Source: a virus. From it: a stretch of DNA of 64,000 nt. Positions 49,034 through 58,176 of this stretch are shown in pieces (within the stretch, counting starts at the first letter, position 1; each line of letters starts with the position of its first letter). Both the position numbers and the translations under genes were made by a program. The notes under the pieces are model-generated. The model saw only the letters and a program-made list of their open reading frames with translations. It ran no database searches and had not been told where the DNA came from. The stretch is from positions 1-64,000 of IMG/VR virus record IMGVR_UViG_3300025423_000001, one strand, 5' to 3'.

Positions 49034-49393
49034 TTATCGTGCCATCGTGGCTTGCGTTATTGCTCCTTTGGCTCTGTAGCCTGCACGTTGCGTCATCAGT
49101 ATCTGGCTGGCATACCTGTCATCTTTGATGATGAAGTTTTCATCTCCAAGCTCAGCTATCTGTGCTTTGTTGGCATTACGGACGGCTATCTTGAAAGGAT
49201 GGGCTGAAGACTTAGGGCAGATGCGTGCTTGGTTATGCACATACTGTGATACTTTTTTACTTCCTTTCATTCCCATCTTGCTGCCATAAATGAACACTCC
49301 GGCCATAACCCTGCTGGGAAACACTACAATCAAGCAAGCCTCATCAGCATTGTAAACAGCCGTAGGCTCTCCTTCTGATTTAAACTTTTGCAT
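49034..49393 (-). CDS. Hypothetical protein (NUMOD1-like DNA-binding?)
   Basis: AVYNAD..LIVVFPSRVMAG pattern. Confidence 0.45.
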   Translation of the reverse strand: MQKFKSEGEPTAVYNADEACLIVVFPSRVMAGVFIYGSKMGMKGSKKVSQYVHNQARICPKSSAHPFKIAVRNANKAQIAELGDENFIIKDDRYASQILMTQRAGYRAKGAITQATMAR

Positions 49394-49423
49394 GGTTCAA
49401 AGATTGGTTGAGAACAGTGAGGA

Positions 49424-49678
49424 TTAGTCTGTTTCTATAGAGCCTGGAGGGTCTGGCAAAGTGATAGGGAATATTACCACTTCCCTGTTACGTAGGAGCT
49501 TAACCTTTTCCAATGGAATAAATACGAACTGTTTTCCATCTACCCTGTATTCCTGTACACGCAAGTTGCCGTAATCAGTTATGCTTACTACTTTGCCTAT
49601 ACGTACAACCCTGGAAGGCGCCCATACTACTACAGAGCCTACTACAATTTCCTCTCCTTGACTGTCAAGTAACATCAT
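49424..49678 (-). CDS. Small SH3/KOW-like hypothetical protein
   Basis: D..GEEIVVGSVV..GKVVSI; paralogous pattern to 50560-50790. Confidence 0.5.
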   Translation of the reverse strand: MMLLDSQGEEIVVGSVVVWAPSRVVRIGKVVSITDYGNLRVQEYRVDGKQFVFIPLEKVKLLRNREVVIFPITLPDPPGSIETD

Positions 49679-49935
49679 TGTGTAAGAAATTTAGCGCGGT
49701 GGATAACTTGGTACCGCTGTTTGTTGATGATGAATGTTTTCTTTCTTGCGTTGCCCAGCACCTCATTCAGCAACGGGATGTGAGGCTCTGTGTTTTTAAT
49801 GGCCTGCTCTGATGTTGTAACAAAGTCCTTGGCCCCGAATGGTAGACTGTGTGGGCCGATGGCAATGGGCCATTCACCGTTGAACACGTAATGTTCGAGG
49901 TCGAGTTCCCTGAAGAATATCATGTACTGCTTCAT
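49675..49935 (-). CDS. Hypothetical protein
   Basis: ATGA-coupled ORF. Confidence 0.5.
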   Translation of the reverse strand: MKQYMIFFRELDLEHYVFNGEWPIAIGPHSLPFGAKDFVTTSEQAIKNTEPHIPLLNEVLGNARKKTFIINKQRYQVIHRAKFLTQ

Positions 49936-50420
49936 AGCTTCGGCTGCTTGAAGTTCTCAATCAGCATCTGCAACATTTGTAGCCGTTCTGGCCCAAGAGC
50001 CTGCACCTGCTCAACCACAGACATCATGTCTTTGATACGCCAAGCACTTACCCCCTCAAGGATAACATTTAGCTCTTTTACGGCTGTGGTGATAGGCTGC
50101 AGTTCATGCACAGCCTGCTTCACCTTGTCCTTTAGCTTTGGCAGCCTATCAAAGAACTCCTCCCAGAACTCATCGAGTTTAGTAGTGTGTTCTTCCTGTG
50201 CAGCTGTAAACTCCTGTCGGGCTGTGAGAAGCAAGGCTCTGTACTTCAATACTTCCTCGCTAAGTAGCTGATACTCCTGCTTCATCCAATCCTTTTCCCG
50301 TGTGAAGATTTTCTTTACCACTTCCAGTTGCATGGCATAATTGTCACGCATAGCCTCAACTTTGGCCTTGTCCTCTTTAGTGAGGTAGAGTGAGAGATAC
50401 TCTGTTTTGTTGTCGTTCAT
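49932..50420 (-). CDS. Coiled-coil hypothetical protein
   Basis: ATGA-coupled ORF. Confidence 0.55.
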   Translation of the reverse strand: MNDNKTEYLSLYLTKEDKAKVEAMRDNYAMQLEVVKKIFTREKDWMKQEYQLLSEEVLKYRALLLTARQEFTAAQEEHTTKLDEFWEEFFDRLPKLKDKVKQAVHELQPITTAVKELNVILEGVSAWRIKDMMSVVEQVQALGPERLQMLQMLIENFKQPKL

Positions 50421-50422
50421 AG

Positions 50423-50563
50423 TTATTTCTTTAAACTCCCCGGACGGGTAAATTCAGACCTGTTGACTTGCTTCTTCTTGGCAGAGCCCCCTGTGGCCTT
50501 GATGTTGTTAAAGTCTTCGATGCGGGCTCGTAAGCGTTCTGCTTGTTTCTTGGATTTCTTCAT
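50423..50563 (-). CDS. 46-aa basic peptide (not in ORF track)
   Basis: MKKSKKQAERLRARIEDF...RPGSLKK; ATGA overlap. Confidence 0.5.
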   Translation of the reverse strand: MKKSKKQAERLRARIEDFNNIKATGGSAKKKQVNRSEFTRPGSLKK

Positions 50564-50790
50564 ACCTTGATGATTTGGTGTGTTTTGATTGGTTGTTGAA
50601 TGTGGCTGTAAACGATGTCAATGCTGGGGACGCATCTATCATCCACCTTTCTTGATTTCACAGCCTGTACCCTTACCGTCCCTTTGGCACTGATGCTGGA
50701 TACCCTTCCCAGCTGTAGTCTTCCTTTACTGTAAAAACAGATGGTATCCCCAGGGGCAAGTCTGTTGTCGTAGATGTCGTATCTATCCAT
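50560..50790 (-). CDS. Small SH3/KOW-like hypothetical protein
   Basis: DIYDNRLAPGDTI..GRVSSI. Confidence 0.5.
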   Translation of the reverse strand: MDRYDIYDNRLAPGDTICFYSKGRLQLGRVSSISAKGTVRVQAVKSRKVDDRCVPSIDIVYSHIQQPIKTHQIIKV

Positions 50791-51284
50791 GGTTCTGTGT
50801 TTATTGGTTCATTATCGTCTTCGTCTATATCATCAGGCTCTCCTTCATCGGCATGGGCTGCATAATAGCTATCGGGCATTGGTACTTGGCCCATCTTGGC
50901 AAAGCATATTGGCCCCAGCCCACGTTTGATACTTTCGGCATCTGTAAGTGGGCGTGTGCACCGGCCACACTTGTTGTGATGCATTACTTCCATCTCTATG
51001 GGTATAGTCTTAGCTACTACATGCTTCCATATCCATCGGAACTTACGCTGATTTTCACGCCTATCACCCTCTGGGATGAACACGTCACCGCGTATATAGC
51101 CAATTTTGTTGAAGCCTGCGTCACGTACATACCAGCGTGTAAAAGACCGTGTGTCTTTGACAGAAGTGTGCTTTGGCCAGCCATAGATGAAGACTTTGAA
51201 CTGGTTACCTGTAGATAGGTTGTTGAATGTGACTTCACACCGGCCTGCCAGCATGAAGTCATAAACGTACTCGTGTGCTATCAT
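50673..51284 (-). CDS. DUF6011-like Zn-binding protein
   Basis: CGRCTRPLTDAESIKRGLGPIC. Confidence 0.65.
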   Translation of the reverse strand: MIAHEYVYDFMLAGRCEVTFNNLSTGNQFKVFIYGWPKHTSVKDTRSFTRWYVRDAGFNKIGYIRGDVFIPEGDRRENQRKFRWIWKHVVAKTIPIEMEVMHHNKCGRCTRPLTDAESIKRGLGPICFAKMGQVPMPDSYYAAHADEGEPDDIDEDDNEPINTEPWIDTTSTTTDLPLGIPSVFTVKEDYSWEGYPASVPKGR

Positions 51285-51574
51285 TTTAGAGCCTCCTTAC
51301 ATAGTTGAATTGCAGCTTGTAAAGCCTCAATGCGTGAGTCTTTGTCATTGACTGGCCACCAACTAAACTCTGCATCAAAGGGCTTTTGAGCATAGAACTC
51401 TGGAAAGTCTTTATCTGTGTCCATTGTAAGCTTAGGTTTGTACCCTAGCTTTTCATCAGCTACGTCATCCAGCAATAAGCATACATAATGAGGATACATA
51501 GAGTCTTCAAGAACTTCTAATGTTATTTCATAAACCCTTAACCTTTCTTCAGTTGTCAGTTTACTCCTTCTCAT
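51281..51574 (-). CDS. Hypothetical protein, paralog A
   Basis: Aligns by eye with 51571-51891. Confidence 0.6.
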   Translation of the reverse strand: MRRSKLTTEERLRVYEITLEVLEDSMYPHYVCLLLDDVADEKLGYKPKLTMDTDKDFPEFYAQKPFDAEFSWWPVNDKDSRIEALQAAIQLCKEALK

Positions 51575-51891
51575 GGGTACACTCCTTCTTCAGTCAACTT
51601 AATGGCTGCCCTGAGAGCGTTAATACGTGATTGCTTATCATACTCTTCCCACCACCTACTTGTCTCATAATGAGTATGTGGAGGTTTTTGTGCAAACAGT
51701 TCTGGGTAGTCAGCTGATATTTGTTTACTTTGCCAGTAAGGGAGAATATCCAAATTACCAGCTACCTGTTTCACAAGTATGCACAGCCAAAAGTCTTTGG
51801 TTTTCAAATGAAGACTTTCTAAAGCTGCCTTGTACACTTCCAGCCTTTGCTCTACTGTAAGCTGGCTACTGGTTATGATTTCTGGTTTCAT
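51571..51891 (-). CDS. Hypothetical protein, paralog B
   Basis: Aligns by eye with 51281-51574. Confidence 0.6.
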   Translation of the reverse strand: MKPEIITSSQLTVEQRLEVYKAALESLHLKTKDFWLCILVKQVAGNLDILPYWQSKQISADYPELFAQKPPHTHYETSRWWEEYDKQSRINALRAAIKLTEEGVYP

Positions 51892-52015
51892 GTCAATAGT
51901 TTAAAACCAGCCAAGGGGAGACTGGGGTGGCTCCCCAATTCTATCTCACAGACGTTCATGCACACATATCTTGCTCACCGTCTGTTCTCGCCTAAAGACC
52001 CTTGCTGGTAATTAG

Positions 52016-52333
52016 TTAATCTGTTTTTGTATCAAAATCTGCCCACCCGTTTGTTACTTTATCCAGCCAACAACTGTCATCAGTTGGTTCAGGCTGTGTA
52101 AGGAGGGTTTGCTGTTGGTGTGTGTACCATGTCAGCTTTTCAAACCTTGATAGCTGTATGGCCCCGAGGATAAGCATCATGTCATCGCTGTAACAAGGCT
52201 CATCACCATCATACAGTGGGGGCATAACATAGTGTAGGCTGTGCAACACCACGGTCTTACTGTCAGTGTCTGCCGGGATGATGGAATATTCCACTTTCCA
52301 ATTGCCTGGGCCGGCTGCAATAGTCAATACCAT
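52016..52333 (-). CDS. Hypothetical protein
   Basis: ORF in operon. Confidence 0.45.
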   Translation of the reverse strand: MVLTIAAGPGNWKVEYSIIPADTDSKTVVLHSLHYVMPPLYDGDEPCYSDDMMLILGAIQLSRFEKLTWYTHQQQTLLTQPEPTDDSCWLDKVTNGWADFDTKTD

Positions 52334-52524
52334 GGCTCCTCCGCGATTGTGCTTAAATAATCAGGATGTACCGAGCCTTCAACAGCATATCCTTCCTCAA
52401 GGTCGCTGTCATCAATAAATTCGTCATCTGGTTCCTGTCTCTTGGCATACTTTAGCCACAGGATTGTAACCACTCCCAGAGCAAAGCCGCTCAGGAAGCC
52501 GAATAGCAACGCTAGCTTGTCCAT
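52324..52524 (-). CDS. Small membrane protein
   Basis: N-terminal TM and acidic tail. Confidence 0.55.
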   Translation of the reverse strand: MDKLALLFGFLSGFALGVVTILWLKYAKRQEPDDEFIDDSDLEEGYAVEGSVHPDYLSTIAEEPWY

Positions 52525-52716
52525 AGTTGGATGTTTAAATGTGAATTAAGATTGTTTGATGGGCCACCTTGCCCACGAAGAAATTAGGTGCCACACTGTA
52601 TGCACAAGGCTGCTCACGGGCTAACTTAGAAAGGGTGAGTTGTTCCCGGCTATCCATCACTGGGACGCCAGGTCAGGGAATTACACGGATTGGCTACCGC
52701 TCTGACCCTGAAATCG

Positions 52717-53286
52717 TTATATACGTTTGAACACCATCAATGTGTCTTTGAACCACGGCAATGTCGAGGCTGCCCTCATCTTGTCTGTCTCAGCCAGATG
52801 AATCTCAAAGCCTCGTTGTTCCATAGCCCCGGTTATGTACCCGTTAGGCTTGCAGTTCACATGCCCGTCTCCTCCCTGCCCAGGTACAGCCCAACTCAGG
52901 ATAATCCAGTCTTTGGCATACTTGACTACGTTGTCAAGGAATGTGTCCTCGAATTGGGCTGGAATGTGTTCTCCCACTTCAAGGCTGAGGATGAAGTCAG
53001 GGTATTGCCCTTCCATTGGCTGGGCATTGTAGTAAAAGGGCTGTGATAGGTCAGCGACTTGGCACATGGGGTAATTGGTGTGTGGATTGCCGTCATAGCC
53101 TATAGCCATCATACCTGGGAATGCGTTGATGCGGGCCACATACTTTCCTTCTCCACAGCCTAAGTCCAGCATTGTCCACAGGTTGTTCTCCCACATGAAA
53201 TCCTCTATAGCGTCAGCCAACGCTTCGTCAAAGCAGTGCCCTTCATTTGTCTCGTTGAGCCAGGCTCCGTTTTCAGTTATCTTCAT
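52717..53286 (-). CDS. Class I SAM-dependent methyltransferase
   Basis: MLDLGCGEG, SLEVGEHIP, GQGGDGHVN. Confidence 0.8.
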   Translation of the reverse strand: MKITENGAWLNETNEGHCFDEALADAIEDFMWENNLWTMLDLGCGEGKYVARINAFPGMMAIGYDGNPHTNYPMCQVADLSQPFYYNAQPMEGQYPDFILSLEVGEHIPAQFEDTFLDNVVKYAKDWIILSWAVPGQGGDGHVNCKPNGYITGAMEQRGFEIHLAETDKMRAASTLPWFKDTLMVFKRI

Positions 53287-53930
53287 ACGTCCTCCCCTTT
53301 CCACAACTCATACTGCCACAAGTACCTGTCGTTGTTATAGTCTGTGTCCTTCTTCAAGATGTCGCTGTAGCCCGGCATCTGGAGTGCTATCATCTTGGCT
53401 GGCATAGTGAGATGAAATTTGTTAGAATCTGGAGCAGATGCTGTCCCCTGTGGTATTAAAGCATTAAGCTTTTCTGTCTCTTTGCTAATGGCCACATCTA
53501 AGTGCTCATTCTCATCCATGTTTAAGAAGGTGTCATAGAAATTCTGGTACACGATATAACAATGTGTGCCAGACATAGAATGGAGTAACCACCAGCAGCT
53601 GCCTTTGAAATAAACCTTATGTGTTCCATACACGCCCCCTGTATGTACAGAAGTTCTTGCACAGGGGTAAGGTTTTTCATTTACAAACCAATCAGCGGCT
53701 CCTGGGGCCGTGAACACACAATCGTCTTCCATAAGCCAGACATAAGGCAAACCCTCGTCTTTAGCCATCTGGACTATCTTCCTGTGTGACAAGTGGCAGC
53801 CACGGACAGGATTGTCCTCGTCTATCGTGGCTGCGTGTATCTCAAACTCGAAGCCCTGTTCGTCAGCCTGCTTAGTGATATTGGCTAAGCGGTCGGCACG
53901 GGCAATGTTGTGGATGATGTGTGCTGTCAT
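53283..53930 (-). CDS. Glycosyltransferase family 25-like
   Basis: RADR, GCHLSH, LMEDD, GTHCY. Confidence 0.75.
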   Translation of the reverse strand: MTAHIIHNIARADRLANITKQADEQGFEFEIHAATIDEDNPVRGCHLSHRKIVQMAKDEGLPYVWLMEDDCVFTAPGAADWFVNEKPYPCARTSVHTGGVYGTHKVYFKGSCWWLLHSMSGTHCYIVYQNFYDTFLNMDENEHLDVAISKETEKLNALIPQGTASAPDSNKFHLTMPAKMIALQMPGYSDILKKDTDYNNDRYLWQYELWKGEDV

Positions 53931-54628
53931 AGCTGTTTGTTGTTGGGGTTTTCAACCATGAAGTAATCGTACCAGAGTTGAGAGAAATGGGTGATGGTGT
54001 GCTGGGCCAGCTTCTCAGAAGCAAAGTACAATACGCTAAATTGCACGTAACAGTTATACCATGGTTCTAAGCATTTCTTATCATGGTTTAATACTATGTG
54101 CCATTTTGATTGGTTATACTGTCTCCAATTAGGGCTCCATCCTTCATTCAATGCTTCAGCTATCACAGCCAGCTTACAATAGGCCAGCACTGATTTGGCT
54201 CGGGCTTCAGATGGTACAGTTAAATGATTACTAGAGCCATGCACAAAGAGGGTATAATTATCTATCATGCCGCGATGTGTTGCCCAGTACAAAGGCTGCA
54301 CCAACTCAACCGCATCTTCCCAGCTTTTCACCATGTCTGTGATGGATTCGGGAACAAGCTCAAAAGTATTTGCACTACAAGCTGTTGGCCCAATAAACCT
54401 ATCAAATTGCACTTTATAAGAACGATGTGGGAATGCAGGTACTTCTATTATGGTGCCTAACATACCTTTGCACTGTATACCATTGGTAAACACATTAGTT
54501 GTACATATCACCCGGGTACCTACCTTAAACTTTTTCAACAGCTCCTTTTGAGCCTCTTGCTGCTGCTCTATTTTTTCGATTTGTTCAGGTGTGAGGGTGA
54601 TTGTCACTCCGTGGATTGTTGTTGTCAT
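53927..54628 (-). CDS. Hypothetical protein
   Basis: KLAVIAEALNEGWSPNW C-terminal domain. Confidence 0.6.
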   Translation of the reverse strand: MTTTIHGVTITLTPEQIEKIEQQQEAQKELLKKFKVGTRVICTTNVFTNGIQCKGMLGTIIEVPAFPHRSYKVQFDRFIGPTACSANTFELVPESITDMVKSWEDAVELVQPLYWATHRGMIDNYTLFVHGSSNHLTVPSEARAKSVLAYCKLAVIAEALNEGWSPNWRQYNQSKWHIVLNHDKKCLEPWYNCYVQFSVLYFASEKLAQHTITHFSQLWYDYFMVENPNNKQL

Positions 54629-54909
54629 GTTGAATGTTTTGATTGTAAGTATTTGTCTACTACTATACCATAAGTTTCTCTTGCTAGCTCTTGTGGATAA
54701 TCTGGAGCCATACTACATTGCAGCCATGCAATGAAGTCTATCAGCTCATCTCTCAAGCTTTTAGCTGGAAATTGAACGTGTATGCTTGGCCGTAGTTCTG
54801 CTGGGATTTCCAGTTTAGGTGTTGTCTCTATGTTTAAATAGTTTGTATACCCCGTAACCAAGCCATAGCACAAGTGACTCCCCCACTCCATGATTGTATA
54901 TGGTATCAA
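54625..54909 (-). CDS. Hypothetical protein
   Basis: ATGA overlap with downstream gene; start uncertain. Confidence 0.4.
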   Translation of the reverse strand: MIPYTIMEWGSHLCYGLVTGYTNYLNIETTPKLEIPAELRPSIHVQFPAKSLRDELIDFIAWLQCSMAPDYPQELARETYGIVVDKYLQSKHST

Positions 54910-55084
54910 GGATAGTAATGGCTGTGAGACACAGGATTGTGATTGATTGTTTCATATCATTTGAATTTGCGTTTCCACCAATCTCTGGCCATCAGCGTGA
55001 GCATGGCTACGCCTACCACCACCGGCAGCGAACAGAGGTAGGCTTGTGTGATGTAATTGATTGCTGTGAAGTCCATAGGTTAGT

Positions 55085-55312
55085 TTATAGCCATTTGGGT
55101 GGCTTGTACTTGGGAAAGATTTTTGAAATGAAATATGCCAAGGCTAGGGCGGCTGCCATAAATATGGTGCCAGGCCAAACGATTCCAAAGAATGCGCGTG
55201 TAATGACGTTAAGCCAGTTTTGCTGGTACTTTTCTTCGTAAAAAACCAGCTTGAGTAGGAAGAATACGATGATTGCTGCTAACCAGTAGCAGACTATGCC
55301 AATTATGTGCAT
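55085..55312 (-). CDS. Small two-TM membrane protein
   Basis: Two hydrophobic helices. Confidence 0.55.
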   Translation of the reverse strand: MHIIGIVCYWLAAIIVFFLLKLVFYEEKYQQNWLNVITRAFFGIVWPGTIFMAAALALAYFISKIFPKYKPPKWL

Positions 55313-55481
55313 GGCAATGGGTTTGTGCCTGAGTAGGCTGTGAATGAATGTGTTTGTAGATTGCCCCCAGCTTGGGGCGACGTGTACAGAGCTTATAGGC
55401 TTATACGGATTGTTAACAGGCTGCTAAAGTAGGAGCATTAGTTGGAATTGCCAAATCTTTTAGCAGAAATTTTTAAGGAAT

Positions 55482-55724
55482 TTAGTCAAAGTTTTCTTCA
55501 AGCACCATCTCTCTGTACACCCTCTCTGTAGCTATAGACGAGGATGCGATGGTGCTGTAGTGCCAGCTAAGGCGTGGGGTGTCTTTGGTTATGAGCTTCC
55601 ATCTGGCTACTGTGTCAGCCCACTCGTCTTCAGTGAGAGACTGCTGCCACTTTCGTGCTAAGATATGTTGGCCAAGGTCAAGTAGAGTCTCGGTCATGGC
55701 TCCTGCCATAGTGCGCTCTTTCAT
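55482..55724 (-). CDS. Hypothetical protein
   Basis: ATGA-coupled ORF. Confidence 0.5.
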   Translation of the reverse strand: MKERTMAGAMTETLLDLGQHILARKWQQSLTEDEWADTVARWKLITKDTPRLSWHYSTIASSSIATERVYREMVLEENFD

Positions 55725-56077
55725 GCCAAATGGTTTAAGAACAGGGCCGGCAACTCAACGTTGGGTGTCCTGTTGGTGAACATTGGTGCTATCTCTGAGG
55801 GTAAGTATCCAGCTAATCCACAGCCTATTGCCGCTACCTTGAAAGTATGCTCCGGGTGTAGGCTGGCGAAGTAGAGGAATTCTCTCACTTCGGCTGCTAT
55901 GGCATCAAGCGGGATGCTGCGTTGCCCACGGGACAGGTCTTTGGTGACGATGGCGTAGGACTGGCCTTGCAAGCCACGAGCCTGCCCGTAGATAGCGCCC
56001 CAGTGCCTACGGGCTTCGAGCGCTGCACCCTTGCCATGGCGGCCCTCAGTGTTGGAGCCGAATACGAAGATGGTCAT
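55721..56077 (-). CDS. Macrodomain-like phage protein
   Basis: IFVFGSNTEGRHGKGAA...IGCGLAG. Confidence 0.65.
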   Translation of the reverse strand: MTIFVFGSNTEGRHGKGAALEARRHWGAIYGQARGLQGQSYAIVTKDLSRGQRSIPLDAIAAEVREFLYFASLHPEHTFKVAAIGCGLAGYLPSEIAPMFTNRTPNVELPALFLNHLA

Positions 56078-56121
56078 GTCAGTGTTGTTAGGCTGTGTAA
56101 GGAATGTTGTTTATCACCAGC

Positions 56122-56478
56122 CTATTGCTGAGTTGTGTAAGGCTTGTCTAAAGCCGGAGATGGTGCTACTTTGATGGGAGAGACATGGCTGACTACCAGG
56201 TCGCTTTCTGGCTCCCGGTGTACCCGTTTACGTGGTGAGCTGCCATTGAAGGTTGAAAACTCCAAGGAACGGACTCTGTCAGACAGCTGCTGTGAGAGCG
56301 TGGTCAACTGGTTACGGGATTCTCTGAGTGTGTTGATGTCTTTCTCAGCCTGGGACAGTCGGTAGCGACACTCGGTAAGCTCAGCTCCCCGGTGAATGTT
56401 TTCTTTGATGAGCCTGTCAAAACCCAGCCAGCGTTGTATGATGGATTTCATGTGAAAGAGTTGTGAGTTTGTGGTCAA
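56122..56478 (-). CDS. Coiled-coil hypothetical protein
   Basis: ORF; start may be ATG at ~56451. Confidence 0.45.
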   Translation of the reverse strand: MTTNSQLFHMKSIIQRWLGFDRLIKENIHRGAELTECRYRLSQAEKDINTLRESRNQLTTLSQQLSDRVRSLEFSTFNGSSPRKRVHREPESDLVVSHVSPIKVAPSPALDKPYTTQQ

Positions 56479-56684
56479 TGTTGTGAATCCTCAGCCTGTT
56501 GACGAGGCAGGGCTGTGGCAAATGTAAGGGTAAATCCTGGTAGGATGAGGGTGAGATTGAGGGAAGGATGGGGAGGAGAGAGGGATAGATAGGATAGTCC
56601 CAGAATGGGAATGGTGTCCAGGAATGGGAAAGCAGTGTTTGTGTGAGGCGATGGTGCAGGCTGCTCGAGAGGTCGATAGAAAGA

Positions 56685-57062
56685 TTACAACTCACTACAG
56701 AATTTAGCCAACTCTACATGCTCAAGCTTAGCCAGTATGCACGGCAATAGCTCTGTTAAGTGTATGTACGTTGAAATTTCCATGCCTTCGTGTTGCACTG
56801 TGAACCAGGCTGGCTCGGATATGCCGGTAACTTCCGTCCGGTTTAAGGCAGTAGACATAGCCCGGATTAGCTGCTGGGCTGTTGCTTGTTGCAACCAGTT
56901 GATGGTAGCTAACTTCTTTAATTCTTTAGTTCTTTCAAAATTAGCCTCAACCAAGCGCTGCTGTTCCCTGAGGTCAGCCCGGTAACGTTTAATGTGTTCC
57001 TTGTTTGCTGGGTCGAGGCCAAGCTTGGCCATTTCCCGTTGGTGTCCTTTAGTTAGGCTCAT
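56685..57062 (-). CDS. First gene of leftward early operon, hypothetical
   Basis: Likely start MSLTKG after an AT-rich leader. Confidence 0.55.
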   Translation of the reverse strand: MSLTKGHQREMAKLGLDPANKEHIKRYRADLREQQRLVEANFERTKELKKLATINWLQQATAQQLIRAMSTALNRTEVTGISEPAWFTVQHEGMEISTYIHLTELLPCILAKLEHVELAKFCSEL

Positions 57063-57092
57063 GATGTTATGTATTTGATGTGCAAGATAATG

Positions 57093-57270
57093 AAAAATGT
57101 ACTCTATATAAAATACAGTGTACATTTTTGTCTAACCTTTTGTGATTTATCTACGGGTTTTTCCACTGATACCCCTACCTTTGTCCAAGGAATTATACCA
57201 TACCCCACAAAATCAAAAAAACCTTAGACAAATGGCTAAGAAAACTCCTGAAGAGAACCCTTTTGTCCAA
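57093..57270. promoter_or_regulatory. Divergent control region with palindrome and four TTTGTCYAA repeats
   Basis: aaaaatgtac..gtacattttt (57093-57129); tttgtctaa 57127, tttgtccaagg 57180, inverted ccttagacaaa 57222, tttgtccaa 57262. Confidence 0.55.
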
Positions 57271-57762
57271 ATAGCTCTGGATTTCACCATTTATGCTATC
57301 TGGAAGTCTGCTGAGTTACGCCCTGCAGGCGCTCCTGCTGATATGTCCCTGAGTAATTCCCGGACATTTGCCTACACCAAGTTCGAGGTTAACTCCAAAG
57401 CCTCAGTGTACAGCGACAATGGGCTGTTGAACATCTTTCCCACTTTGCCCTCCGCAGCCAAGGATATGTTCATGTACATTGTTGCCAAGATTCAGTATGA
57501 GTCTGACGTCATCGAGCTTGAGGAGGAGAAGTACATGGAGACCATGGGCGTGTCCCGCGCCACCTTCTATAGTGCGAGGAAGGCCCTGACCAACCGTATC
57601 ATCATGGAGCGGAAAGAGCGCAAGAATACCTACTGGGTGAACCCTGCCTACATCTTCCGAGGAAGCCGTATCAGCAAGTACCCCAAGAATGTCAAGATGG
57701 TTGACAAGTCCGGCAACCCTGTTGGCGAGCCGAAGCTTGAACCACCCACAGATGAAGACTGA
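57232..57762 (+). CDS. RepL-like winged-helix DNA-binding protein
   Basis: MGVSRATFYSARKAL HTH plus YWVNPAYIFRG wing typical of the RepL family. Confidence 0.65.
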   Translation: MAKKTPEENPFVQIALDFTIYAIWKSAELRPAGAPADMSLSNSRTFAYTKFEVNSKASVYSDNGLLNIFPTLPSAAKDMFMYIVAKIQYESDVIELEEEKYMETMGVSRATFYSARKALTNRIIMERKERKNTYWVNPAYIFRGSRISKYPKNVKMVDKSGNPVGEPKLEPPTDED

Positions 57763-58176
57763 CGAGTCAGGCCCACGGCAGCCAACCTTAACCAGCCAGC
57801 TGACGAGTCCAGACCGGGCCCGTGAAAAAAGCCCAGGCCTGCAGATACACTCTGCAGCCCAGGCTATCATCAAACACCTATCCTCCTATGCCCTGTGTAC
57901 GCGGTGTTCTACCCCGTTCACAAAGATGCTCTCCCCGGCCTGTAGGCTCAAGGTCGTGCCCAGCATACGGTAGACAATCCGCCCCTGCTGCCAGCACTCA
58001 ATCCAGATACGTTTCATACATTACGATTTAAACTGTGAATTAAAAAGCCCCCACCATCAGGCAGGGGCCATACATCCTCGTTTCACTCTTCACGTCTCTC
58101 GCTCGTCACTCTCACATTCCCAGGCTGTGTAAGGGAAGAGCTGCCTTGGCACACTCCTCCCTCTCCAGCCAACACA

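Noticed and set aside
57759-57830. Two CTGACGAG motifs plus GAAA resembling a hammerhead ribozyme core
   Set aside because: GAAA does not directly follow a stem II and no convincing stem I/III with a UH site could be built
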